Part shown: positions 19,743-29,274 of the stretch, piece by piece
Layout of the letters: the number at the start of each line of letters is the position of its first letter
How positions within the stretch are numbered: position 1 is the stretch's first letter
NCBI GenBank assembly: GCA_963829135.1
Contig: CAWHHO010000006.1
Coordinates: forward strand, 47,984 to 111,983
Source of the DNA: an uncultured Alphaproteobacteria bacterium
GTDB lineage: Bacteria > Pseudomonadota > Alphaproteobacteria > Rhizobiales > Rhizobiaceae
Direction of reading: 5' to 3'
Length of the DNA: 64,000 nt
The notes under the pieces: model-generated
Databases searched by the model: none
What the model was told of the DNA's origin: nothing
What the model saw: the letters and a program-made list of their open reading frames with translations, nothing else
Position numbers and translations under genes: made by a program

Positions 19743-22004
19743 CTATCTGACGATCGAGAACTCGTTGCGGTTCATCCGGCCGATTGTTTGATACTCGTTC
19801 AGGTGCTCAGTTGTCCCGTTGGAATTGCGGAATATCCCGGCACAGCCGACGGGAGACCCGGCTCCAAAGACGTCGCATAGGAAATCCCCCTGCACCCAAG
19901 CCGTCCCTTCGCTCGTGCCCTGGCCAACTGTTAATGTGGCGGAGCCTTTGGCAGAGACGACCAGCGTAAATTGTGTTGGGTTGGGGCTGACCCTTCGCCC
20001 GCGCATCTCGTGCCCGAATATGAGTGACCGAATTTCCGACCCGGTCAGCCGATCATTCGGGTTCACATCAACGTCAGAAGGGAACTCGGAGACGCCCGCC
20101 TTTGCGAGACCGCCAAACAACCGGTCACCGTCGAGTTCGTTCTTGTAAACAAAAAAGGCTCGCGCAAATACTTGCGTCAATTCACCTTCGCCCCTCTCTT
20201 TTAGGACCCTCCCAAGTTTCTCCTTTACAGCTGCGATCTCGTCATCGCGCCCTAAATGGCCGTAGGCGGAAAGAAGAACCTGCAGTCCATAGAATTTTGC
20301 CCAAGGGTCTGGAGAATTGACGTCGATCTTGTCCAGCCATGCGGCCGCATCCTCGAATTTGTTTTGACCGAAGGCTGCCAATCCGGCCTGATAGTAGCGC
20401 CAATCAGTCCAACCTGGATCGACCTGCATGGCCGCGTCGAGGTAGGAACGACCCTCCATCGGACGCCCATTGAAGATGAGGGCTTGGCTCAGCCCCTCAT
20501 AGGTCCAAGGATGGCTGGGATCTAGCGCGATTGCCTTCTGTAGCATCGCAATCGCCTCGTCGGATTGCGACTGGCGAACCAGCAACTCGGCGGCGATCTG
20601 ATAGTAGGCCGGCGAAGGATGCTTGGCAGCTGCACTTAAAAATTCGTTGAGCTTTGCTTCCTGCTCCTCCCAAGTGATGCCCAAGGCTTTCAGCCGCGGT
20701 TCGTCCGCGTTCCAATAGAGCCAAGCGAGCGCGGCCATCGCCGTGCCGAAATTGGGGTCAAGCTGGAGCGCCTGTTGGTAGTACGTCACAGCCTTGGCGA
20801 CGTCTTCGGGGGTATTGCGACTTTCGAGTTCGGACCCGCGGAGATACGCGTCGTAGGCTGCTGGGTTGCCTGTGCCCCCGGGGGTTCCGGCCCTGCCCTG
20901 GCCGCTAACTAGCCTGAGCTTGAGGGTTTCAGCGATGCTGCCAACAACCCTGTCCTGTAATCTGAACACATCGCCCCACGGGCCGTCGAAACGTTCTGCC
21001 CAAAGGTGGCCCGCCGTCGTACCATCGATCAGCTGCGCGCTAATGCGGAGGTCGTTGCCTACGCGGCGGATACTGCCTTCGAGCAAGTACCGCACGCCAA
21101 GCGCCTTGGCGATTTCGGCCGGCTCTGTCGCTTTGTCCTTGTATGCGAAGGCTGCATTTCGGGAAATAACGAACAGGCCAGGAACCCTTGCAAGTTCAGT
21201 GGTCAAATCCTCTGTGATGCCGTCGGCAAGATAGCCCTGTTCCTTGTCATCGCTCAGGTTATCCAAGGGAAGAACCACGATGGACGGCCTGTCTAGCGAT
21301 GAGGTCTGTACGGGCGTTGGAGCCGCCGTCCGCCTGGGCAGATACCAAAGGGCACCGAGGCCGATCACAATGGCAGCAAGCGATCCTATCCCGACAGCGA
21401 GCAATCCGTGCCGACTGCGACTTTTGCTGCCTGCAGGTTTCGGGTCTGCTCGTCCAGTCGCAGGGACGTCGGTCAGTACATCGTAGACACGCACCGGCTC
21501 CAGGATATTCTTGACAGAATGCTCGCCCAGAAACTCGTAACCGATATCAGTCAGTTTTGGCATCTGGTCATAGGCGCTGCCGGAAATGACCACACGCCCC
21601 ACTCCGGCAAGTGTCTGCAGACGGTCCGCGATATTGACCCCGGTGCCGTGAATATCCTCTCCTTCGACGATCACGTCGCCCAAATTGATGGCGATCCGAA
21701 ACTCCATGCGTTTGTCATTCGCGGCCTCATCATTGCGGTCGGCCATTGTGCGCTGGATATCGACCGCACACCGTAGGGCATTGACGACACTGCCGAACTC
21801 CACAAGCACCCCGTCGCCCATCGTCTTCACCAATCGGCCATGGTGCATGCGTATCGCAGGCTCGAAGTTCTCTTTGATCGCAGACTGGAAGCTTTCGCGA
21901 GTGCCCTCTTCGTCGAACTGGCTCAGCCGAGTATAGCCGACCACATCGGCTATGAGGATCGCAGCAAGACGACGCTCCATAGGCGGCCCTTCGGGGACAA
22001 CCAC
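19743..22004 (-). CDS. Class III adenylate/guanylate cyclase with TM helix, TolB-like and TPR domains
   Basis: ERRLAAILIADVVGY, KTMGDG, RIAINLGDVI, SIVVLP.DNLS, TPR repeats. Confidence 0.92.
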   Translation of the reverse strand: MVVPEGPPMERRLAAILIADVVGYTRLSQFDEEGTRESFQSAIKENFEPAIRMHHGRLVKTMGDGVLVEFGSVVNALRCAVDIQRTMADRNDEAANDKRMEFRIAINLGDVIVEGEDIHGTGVNIADRLQTLAGVGRVVISGSAYDQMPKLTDIGYEFLGEHSVKNILEPVRVYDVLTDVPATGRADPKPAGSKSRSRHGLLAVGIGSLAAIVIGLGALWYLPRRTAAPTPVQTSSLDRPSIVVLPLDNLSDDKEQGYLADGITEDLTTELARVPGLFVISRNAAFAYKDKATEPAEIAKALGVRYLLEGSIRRVGNDLRISAQLIDGTTAGHLWAERFDGPWGDVFRLQDRVVGSIAETLKLRLVSGQGRAGTPGGTGNPAAYDAYLRGSELESRNTPEDVAKAVTYYQQALQLDPNFGTAMAALAWLYWNADEPRLKALGITWEEQEAKLNEFLSAAAKHPSPAYYQIAAELLVRQSQSDEAIAMLQKAIALDPSHPWTYEGLSQALIFNGRPMEGRSYLDAAMQVDPGWTDWRYYQAGLAAFGQNKFEDAAAWLDKIDVNSPDPWAKFYGLQVLLSAYGHLGRDDEIAAVKEKLGRVLKERGEGELTQVFARAFFVYKNELDGDRLFGGLAKAGVSEFPSDVDVNPNDRLTGSEIRSLIFGHEMRGRRVSPNPTQFTLVVSAKGSATLTVGQGTSEGTAWVQGDFLCDVFGAGSPVGCAGIFRNSNGTTEHLNEYQTIGRMNRNEFSIVR

Positions 22005-22275
22005 TACCGTTTACGACACGGCGTAGCGTAATTAGAATATCACAAGGCTCTAGCGCCAGTAAGGAGTTTGCGTCGCAGGTCGGACAGACTGAAGTCGGGG
22101 ACGATATCGGCCGCATCGGTCGAGTGGCTTGCAAACACAATGAATATGAACGGTAGAGGCGGCAGTGTCATCAAATTCATGTCCAAGTCTCGCGCGGAAT
22201 GAGAGATCTGGCCGATGGCGGAATGGCATTTTTTGGCGCGCAACCAAACCAGGCACGCCTTCAACAGCTGTCGTG

Positions 22276-23193
22276 CTAAGGTGCCGATTTGCGATGGCGG
22301 CTGCGGACATCTATCGGCGAAGCCTTGCTGACGGGCGCTTCTGAGGAAAGTTCCGCAAGGAGCGCGCTTAAAGCGCTAAACTGCCCAGTGTCGCGTCGGC
22401 GAATGAAGAGCGTTTGGACGTGGGCTACCTCCGGAGACAGATCAGTTAACCGCACTCGTCCAGCGTCAGCGGCGACTTGGAGGAGGCTTCGGGGCAGGAG
22501 TGTTATTCCCAGCCCGCCCTCCAGACAGCCAATGATCGCGTCAAGCGTACCAAACTCAAGGCGAGTGACCTCCTGAATCCCCATCTGAGCGAGAAGAGCA
22601 TCCAAGCGGTTGCGGTAAGCACAGCCGTGCCCCTTGACGAGAATCCTACATCCAGCAGCGAGGTGTCCCGCAAGCGAGACGTTAGCTGGCGAAGCGATCA
22701 CCAGCTCTTCTTGGAACGCGACGCTGCTTAGGAGCTGCGGGTGTTCAACGGGGCCGCACACAAACGCGCCGTCGATTTCGTAATCAAGCACCCGGCGGAT
22801 GAGTTCGTCGTTCGCACCAACTTTGAGGCTAAGGTCGACATCGGGATATTTTGTGCCATATCGCGAAAGCACAGGTGACAGGCGCAGCGCTGCCGTTGTC
22901 TCAAGCGAACCGAGCGACAATCGGCCTTTCGGTAAGCCCTCGTCCAGGACCGCGCGGCGAGCTTCCGCCAGCAGGTGAACCGATTTGAGTGCATACGGCA
23001 ACAAACGTTCGCCGGCACTCGTCAGATCTACGCCCCGGCTGTGTCGACGGAAAAGCGCGACACCCAACTCCTCTTCAAGCGACTTCATGCGGGCGGTGAC
23101 GTTCGACTGAACCGTGTTGAGAGCTTCTGCCGCGCGATTCATCGCTCCCAGGCGAGCGACGGCTTCGAAAAAGCGGAGTGAGACACTGTCCAT
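22276..23193 (-). CDS. LysR family regulator
   Basis: N-terminal HTH (AAEALNTVQSNVTARMKSLEEELG, LTSAG) and substrate-binding domain. Confidence 0.93.
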   Translation of the reverse strand: MDSVSLRFFEAVARLGAMNRAAEALNTVQSNVTARMKSLEEELGVALFRRHSRGVDLTSAGERLLPYALKSVHLLAEARRAVLDEGLPKGRLSLGSLETTAALRLSPVLSRYGTKYPDVDLSLKVGANDELIRRVLDYEIDGAFVCGPVEHPQLLSSVAFQEELVIASPANVSLAGHLAAGCRILVKGHGCAYRNRLDALLAQMGIQEVTRLEFGTLDAIIGCLEGGLGITLLPRSLLQVAADAGRVRLTDLSPEVAHVQTLFIRRRDTGQFSALSALLAELSSEAPVSKASPIDVRSRHRKSAP

Positions 23194-23295
23194 CGCCTCA
23201 AGTCCCGATATCTCGTTTGCAGATAGCCGATCCCGGAATACATCATTTGTGCCGGGGACGCTACGGGGCCATGATGATAAGAAGGAGATGCCGAA

Positions 23296-24366
23296 ATGAC
23301 GTGGAGGAAGCGAAGCCAGGCATTTTGCGACCGCTTTGGCTTGAGCCTGCCGATCCTACTGGCGCCGATGGCTGGAGCTAGTTCGCCAAAGCTTTCGGCC
23401 GCCGTGGCAAACGCGGGTGGCCTTGGAGCGTGCGGTGCGCTGCTGATGAAGCCCGAGGAAATTCGGCACTGGGCCGATACCGTTCGAAGTCAGAGCAACG
23501 GGCAGTTCATGCTCAATCTCTGGGTGCCTGACCCGGTTCCACAGCGCGATACTGGAGAAGGAGGCGGTAGTTCGACGCTTCCTAGAACGGTTTGGACCAC
23601 CAGTGCCGGCAAGTGCGGGTGACGCCTCCCCTCCTGACTTTGATGCGCAGTGCCGGGCGCTTCTCGAAACGCGGCGCGCCGATACTCTCCTCGGTGATGG
23701 GCCTGTTTCCGCCTAGCTTCGTGCAAGAGATTAAGGGCTCCGGCGCGGCTTGGTTCGCGGTGGTGTCGACCTTGGCCGAGGCTCGCGCCGCCGAGGCCGC
23801 TGGAGCGGATGTGATCGTCGCTCAAGGGAGCGAAGCAGGCGGACATCGCGCCGCGTTCGATCCAGCGGAAGCGGAGCGGAGGATGGTCGGTCTCTTCTCG
23901 CTGCTTACCGGCGCTGGTAGACGCATTGAGCGTGCCCGTGGTGGCTACTGGCGGCATTGCGGACGCAAGGGGCGTCGCCGCGGCGCTCACGCTTGGGGCG
24001 AGCGCCGTTCAAATTGGAACTGGCTTCCTCCGGTGCCCTGAGGCTGAGATCCATCCCGTGTGGGCTGAAGCGATCTCTCAAACGTTGCCTGAGGACACAG
24101 TTGTCAGTCGTGTTTTCAGTGGCCGACCCGGTCGCAGCATTGCCACCGAGTATGTTCTCGAAGCTCTCCGGCCCGACGCGCCTGAACCGGCGCCGTATCC
24201 CGTGCAACGCGGACTTACCGCAGCCATGCGTTCAACGGGCACGGCCGAAGGAAATCTCGGAAGAATGCAGGCCTGGGCGGGCCAGTCAGCCGCACTGGCA
24301 AGCGCCGAGCCCGCAGCAAGGCTGACGCATCGACTATGGGCGGAGGCACAGGAACTGCTGCCATAA
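23296..24366 (+). CDS. Nitronate monooxygenase family protein; two frameshifts
   Basis: PILLAPMAG, NAGGLG, AQGSEAGGHR, VATGGIAD, VQIGTGFL, FSGRPGR, WAGQS over three ORFs. Confidence 0.88.
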
Positions 24367-24705
24367 CTAGCAGTGGCAGGAAAGCCCTTGGATGGGGACC
24401 GGGGTTTGCAAAACTGAACGCTTCCGATGAAGAGAGGGCGCCCACCGCCCGAATGGGTGGGGTAGAGCGACGGGTCCTGGCACCAAGTGTTTTGAGGGGG
24501 AAGCACGAGGCGCTCAAAACCCCAACACATGGGTCGAATGCCTGTTCCTCGCTCGCATTTTAGTGATAGAGGCCCGCCGCTCCGGAAGGTCGTTAGACAA
24601 TTGGGTGGCCCGCCGCCCCCGAAGAGTATCAAGTGCGACGGGCCTAGCACCTAGTGACTTGAGGGGGATCACCCGGCGCCGAGAAACTAACCTTGGTGTG
24701 TGGTA

Positions 24706-25923
24706 GGCCCGTTCCCCCGCTCGCGCTTATGTAGTCGGAGTAGTTATATTGCTGAACAAGTGTGGGACAAACCAACTACGCGCTTTCTACGTATACGACG
24801 CATCGTACGGCGAAAGGAGAAGAGTTGGCGCGCGATTTGAAGGGCAATCTGCCGCGACTCGGCTTCATTGCGCCCATGACCCCCACGCTGGTCGATCGGC
24901 CGCCTATCGGCCACGACTGGTCGACGGAAATCAAGTTCGACGGCTGGCGCTGCCAGATCGTCATTGATGGCGCCGGCGTGCGCGTCTTCACCCGCCGCGG
25001 CCACGACTGGACCGACAAGTTAACGGTGATCGCCGAGGCTGCCGCGGTCGAGCTACGCGGGATCGGCAGCGCCATCTTAGACGGCGAACTGGTTTACCCG
25101 CGCGAGACGGGGCATTCCGACTTTCACAAGCTGCAAGAGGTCATCCGATCGCATTCCGACAAGCTGGTCTTCATGGCGTTCGATCTCCTCTACCTGGACG
25201 GCGAAGATTGGCGCCAGTGGCCGCTAGAGGAGCGCAGGGCCTGCTTAGCCGGGCTGATCCACCCCGGAGGCCGGATACAGCTATCCGAGAGCCTCGCAGG
25301 CACGCCTGCGGAGCTATTCGCGCTGGCCGAGCGCATGGAGCTTGAGGGCATCGTCTGCAAGCGCCGGAACGCGCCCTATGTAAGCGGCTCGACGACCCTA
25401 TGGGTGAAGGTGAAAGCCTATACCGAGACCGAATATGATATCCTTGGCGTGCAGCGCGATCCGGGCAAGCCGACCATGGCGCTCATGGGCGAGCCCGGCA
25501 GCCGTGAATATGTCGGCGGCGCCTTCGTGATGTTCGGCAGGCAGAAGGGCGAGGCGTTCAAGACCTTCGTCGAAGCGAACCTCGGATCGCCGCCGCGTGG
25601 TTTCGGCAGGAAACCGAGCGGCACCGTACAATGGTTGCAGCCAGGCGCGGTCGGGACCGTCCGGCACCTGCGTGGCGCCGACAAACTGCGGCACGCGAGG
25701 TCTAATCGACTGGAGAGCAAAGCCGATTGCATAAGCCGCGCCCCCCGATAGCCTATATGGACAATGAAAGTCTGCGGGGCGGTAAGAGGCCGGGCAGAAC
25801 CCGACCCTCTGTTCCGTGCTAGGCACTAGAAGGTGTTTGTTACTGCGCCTGCGCCGCTAAGCAAATGTCAGAAAACTTGCGGTCGTAGGTTGCAGCACAT
25901 GCCGCCTTCAGCTTGGTCTGGGT
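24706..25923. repeat. Copy B of ~1.2 kb inverted duplication (partner 9910-11122)
   Basis: Direct sequence comparison. Confidence 0.92.
24762..25751 (+). CDS. ATP-dependent DNA ligase (stand-alone ligase domain)
   Basis: EIKFDGWR, ILDGELV, AFDLLYLDG, EGIVCKR, YVSG..WVKVK, LRHA. Confidence 0.88.
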   Translation: MGQTNYALSTYTTHRTAKGEELARDLKGNLPRLGFIAPMTPTLVDRPPIGHDWSTEIKFDGWRCQIVIDGAGVRVFTRRGHDWTDKLTVIAEAAAVELRGIGSAILDGELVYPRETGHSDFHKLQEVIRSHSDKLVFMAFDLLYLDGEDWRQWPLEERRACLAGLIHPGGRIQLSESLAGTPAELFALAERMELEGIVCKRRNAPYVSGSTTLWVKVKAYTETEYDILGVQRDPGKPTMALMGEPGSREYVGGAFVMFGRQKGEAFKTFVEANLGSPPRGFGRKPSGTVQWLQPGAVGTVRHLRGADKLRHARSNRLESKADCISRAPR

Positions 25924-26151
25924 CTCAGCATTCATTTTCATGAAGGTCGCCTTCGCGTCGGCCGAAGGCTTCATCGTGGTCATGGCGTCGTCCGTGTAGA
26001 AATCACGCATCCATGTGCCTGACCAAAAATCTCCGCCGGCATCCGTTGTAGCCGCCTCGTTGGCGGTTCCCGTTTTGGTTTGAGCCCAGCTGAGTGAAGG
26101 ACCGGCGAGCACAATCGCCAGCGCAAGAGCGCCGATGTTCATCTTATTCAT
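25840..26151 (-). CDS. Small secreted hypothetical protein
   Basis: AAGGAG RBS, signal peptide, C-terminal Cys pair; GGAAC-N17-CCTT upstream (26207-26182). Confidence 0.75.
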   Translation of the reverse strand: MNKMNIGALALAIVLAGPSLSWAQTKTGTANEAATTDAGGDFWSGTWMRDFYTDDAMTTMKPSADAKATFMKMNAETQTKLKAACAATYDRKFSDICLAAQAQ

Positions 26152-26479
26152 TTGGAAGTCTCCTTGGGTTTACGGTCACCCAAGGCCGCCGCTGACCGAA
26201 ATGTTCCTGTTTGAAAAAAACGAATTGTTGATCGCTGAGCCATGTAACAAAAGTCGATCGGTTCTCGTATTAGCGCCCGTCAACGCCGCGATGCTGGAAG
26301 ACCAATACCTTAGGCGCTGTGTTCGTGATCAGAAGCAGGCGAAAAATAGCTAAGGGGACCAGCAGGAACACTGGGCGAGGCCGACACTGTGTGGGATGGC
26401 GGCCGAAGTGGCGAAGTGGTGATGTTTCACGACGAAGGCAGGGTCACTCTCCGCCTAGTCATAGAGTGGCATTCGGCTT

Positions 26480-26686
26480 CTAGTCTTTATTGTCAACGCT
26501 GGGCGCAGTCGCATTGCGATTGCTTGAGCCTTGCGGGTCCTCATAGAGTTCATTGATTGCCCGGACCTGATCCTTTTTTTCCGTTGGCGTGAGTTTGCGC
26601 CTTGTCGAGAGGGCATAGATCATGACCGCTCCCAATATGATTGGGCCTAGGATAGTGGCCCACCACCAATTCGCGATCCACTCCAT
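26480..26686 (-). CDS. Small membrane protein
   Basis: GAGG RBS; TM helix WWWATILGPIILGAVMIYAL. Confidence 0.7.
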   Translation of the reverse strand: MEWIANWWWATILGPIILGAVMIYALSTRRKLTPTEKKDQVRAINELYEDPQGSSNRNATAPSVDNKD

Positions 26687-26754
26687 AAACCCTACCTCTG
26701 CTATCTGTTGATGCTAAGCCGTTGAGACGCCTTCAACGGCCAGCATCCAGTGCG

Positions 26755-27138
26755 TTAATTAGCGCCCATCAAGGCTTTCAGTTCGTTCACCTTCTGCATG
26801 CATCCAGCTTCATCACCGGAGTCAGCCATGTTTTTTGCGTCGGTCATAATTGTTGCTACTCTCGGGCCTTTGTTTTGAGCCGCGCCGGTGACCTCCTCCT
26901 GGTGGGGAGAGCTAGAGTCTACGGAACCGGTGGTCTCCGCACTCGCTCCTCCCTGATCGCCTTTTAAGAGTTGCTCCTGGTGCTTCGTGACCGGCATACC
27001 AGATTGGTTCGTGGCCGCCCCGGTCTCGGCGGTAACGGCCGCCTGCTCAAGCTTGGTCAGTTCCGCCCGGCAATCCGCAAATGCCGGCGTCACCACCATC
27101 GCGGCAAAAGCGGTCAAGGTTGCAAACCGCGTCAACAT
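26755..27138 (-). CDS. Secreted hypothetical protein (DC..EL...GDEAGC)
   Basis: AGGAGG RBS, signal peptide, Cys pair. Confidence 0.75.
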   Translation of the reverse strand: MLTRFATLTAFAAMVVTPAFADCRAELTKLEQAAVTAETGAATNQSGMPVTKHQEQLLKGDQGGASAETTGSVDSSSPHQEEVTGAAQNKGPRVATIMTDAKNMADSGDEAGCMQKVNELKALMGAN

Positions 27139-27173
27139 AGCACTCCTCCTTCGTAGGTTGCGAGATCAGAAAG

Positions 27174-27198
27174 AACGAGGAGCTATCCGGGATGTTCC
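27174..27198 (-). promoter_or_regulatory. Consensus sigma-EcfG promoter GGAAC-N16-CGTT
   Basis: Exact match 36 nt upstream of ATG 27138; a second GGAAC-N16-GATT at 27291-27267. Confidence 0.7.
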
Positions 27199-27370
27199 AA
27201 GGCCGAGTATTCAGAGCTAGAAATGACGACAACTGCAGGCGCCTAAGGGCTCCGACAAATCCTGCTAATCTGAGGGTTACCGGCAGGTTCCCTAAAAAGT
27301 TGTTAGTGGCGCATTCACGCAGACGCCTGGACCGGTGAGTGGCACGCAGCTAAAAGCTCGGGCGTCGAAA

Positions 27371-27852
27371 TTGACAAAGGGAAGCCGCAGCTGTACGAAG
27401 TTCTCAAAGCCACTCATATCCTCGGCGTCGTCATATTGGTCGGCAATGTGACGATCACGGCCTTCTGGAAAGTCCTGGCGGATCGTACCGGCCGCACGGA
27501 GATCATAGCCCATGCACAGCATGGCGTGACCGTTGCAGACTGGATTTTCACACTGGCTGGGCATTACTCTGATTTTGTTCGGCGGCTATGGCGCTGCGTT
27601 GGTGCAGGGCTTGCCGCTCCTGGAGCCTGCATTGGCTCGTCGCCGGGCAGCTGCTTTTTGCAGTCTCAGGGGCAATCTGGCTGGGCATCTTGGTACCGCT
27701 GCAAATCCGTCAGGCGCGAGAAGCCAAAGCGATTTCTCCCCAGCGGCGACGTACCCGCCAGCTACCGACGCGATGCGCGGCTCTGGCTGGTGTGGGGCGT
27801 CGCGGCAACCGTTCCGCTAATCGCTGCAATCTACGTGATGGTAGCCAAATAG
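27371..27852 (+). pseudogene. DUF2269-like membrane protein, several frameshifts
   Basis: YEVLKATHILGVVILVGN, VTVADWIFTL, AIWLGILVPLQIRQ, WLVWGV.A....IYVMVAK in different frames. Confidence 0.7.
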
Positions 27853-28005
27853 CTTGTCGCCGGCGGGCACTTAATTTCTTCTGCACGGGATCGTCTCAAC
27901 ATACCCCGCCGCCATTCAACTCTCGCTCATAGGGGCGCGGACGTCGCGGAGGGGTGACATTCACAGCTTTCTTGGCATCGTCGTCGCCGCGCGTTCCAGA
28001 TCTCC

Positions 28006-28428
28006 TCAAGCGCGTTCGGAAGATTTGAAGCTTGCTATGAGCCCGACGACCTCCTCGCGATATCGCCCCAGCATTTCTGCGACGTGCCCATCGGGTTCGT
28101 CAGCGATGGCTTTGTCGTAGGCTTTGAGGATGCGTTCCTCCCCTTCAGCGAACGCACCCAGCGCTTTTTCATCTAGTCCGGTAACGGCCGCGCGAACGGC
28201 AATTACCGTCTTGTGCACCGTGCCCATGAACGATCCTTCGCCTTCGACTTCACCCTGACGGGCAGCAAGGGCTTCGTGGATATCCGCGTGCGCCTCGGCG
28301 TGCGTATCGCGCGCGCGCTCAAACAGACGACGCACGGTCTCGTCGTCAGCGTCCTTGATCGCCGTCTCGTAGCCCTCCTGAGCATCGACCAGAGCGGTAT
28401 GCAACTCGTTCAAACTATTTTCGGACAT
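28006..28428 (-). CDS. PA2169/DUF2383 four-helix-bundle stress protein
   Basis: LVDAQEGYE, GSFMGTVHK, EGEERILKAY; GGAAC-N16-GCTT upstream (28496-28472). Confidence 0.82.
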   Translation of the reverse strand: MSENSLNELHTALVDAQEGYETAIKDADDETVRRLFERARDTHAEAHADIHEALAARQGEVEGEGSFMGTVHKTVIAVRAAVTGLDEKALGAFAEGEERILKAYDKAIADEPDGHVAEMLGRYREEVVGLIASFKSSERA

Positions 28429-28679
28429 GACACACTCCTCCGTTATGCCGCCACAAGGGGCGTTGAGGCTAAAGCCGAAATCCGGTGCATGGTTCCTGCG
28501 GACAAGAGCGGGCTAATCGTTTCGGCATCTTTTTAGTCTAAGCTCTCGGATCACGGCTGAAGGCCGGCCAGGTCGTTCGATAGGATTGAGTTTGGTTCCG
28601 TCTAATGAACGCGCTGTTGGGGAGCCTTTAAGGAACGGCAATTCTGTTTGGCGAAAACAGCAATTAAATCAAGGTTGGC

Positions 28680-28769
28680 TGGCGGAGAGGAAGGGATTCG
28701 AACCCTCGAGAAGCTTACACCTCTACGCCCTTAGCAGGGGCGCGCCTTCGACCACTCGGCCACCTCTCC
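28680..28769 (-). tRNA. tRNA-Ser(GCT)
   Basis: GGAGAGGTGGCCGAGTGGTCGAAGGCG..CT-GCT-AA..long variable arm..GGTTCGAATCC..CTCTCCGCCA; 90 nt with encoded CCA. Confidence 0.96.
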
Positions 28770-29274
28770 GTGCCGCCCCACTAGCCCGGCAGAATAAGAG
28801 TATCAAGCGCTTTCTGGCGCTCGGCTTATCTCGCTAAGGCCCGTGTAGTGAATATGACGTCACGCTGCCGCAAAAGTTCCAGGGCGGCGGCACTGCGAAT
28901 CTGCGCGGCCCAAATCGGCGACGCTTAACCGGGTCCGGAAAGGTCGGAATCTGGCCCTTATCGAGCGTTCATCCGATAGAGAAGGCTGAATTCGTCCGGC
29001 ACGGTACGCCATCAAGGGCAGCATGGTTAACAGTTCCTTTTCGCGGGGTATCAAATCGTGTCATTTGTGCCACATGCCCAACCATAGCACTGCCAACGCA
29101 GGTCGCGCAGGCATAATCGCTGTTGAACCGGGGAAACGGATGGGTAATGTCGAACAAGAGAAAGCGGCGAGCGATCGTGATCTTTTTCAATCTTAGGGGA
29201 TGGGGCAGGGAAACGCTGTCCTTCAGCAAAAAAGCCCAGACCCGTTTTGTAAACTTTTGACTGGAGGTCAGAAA

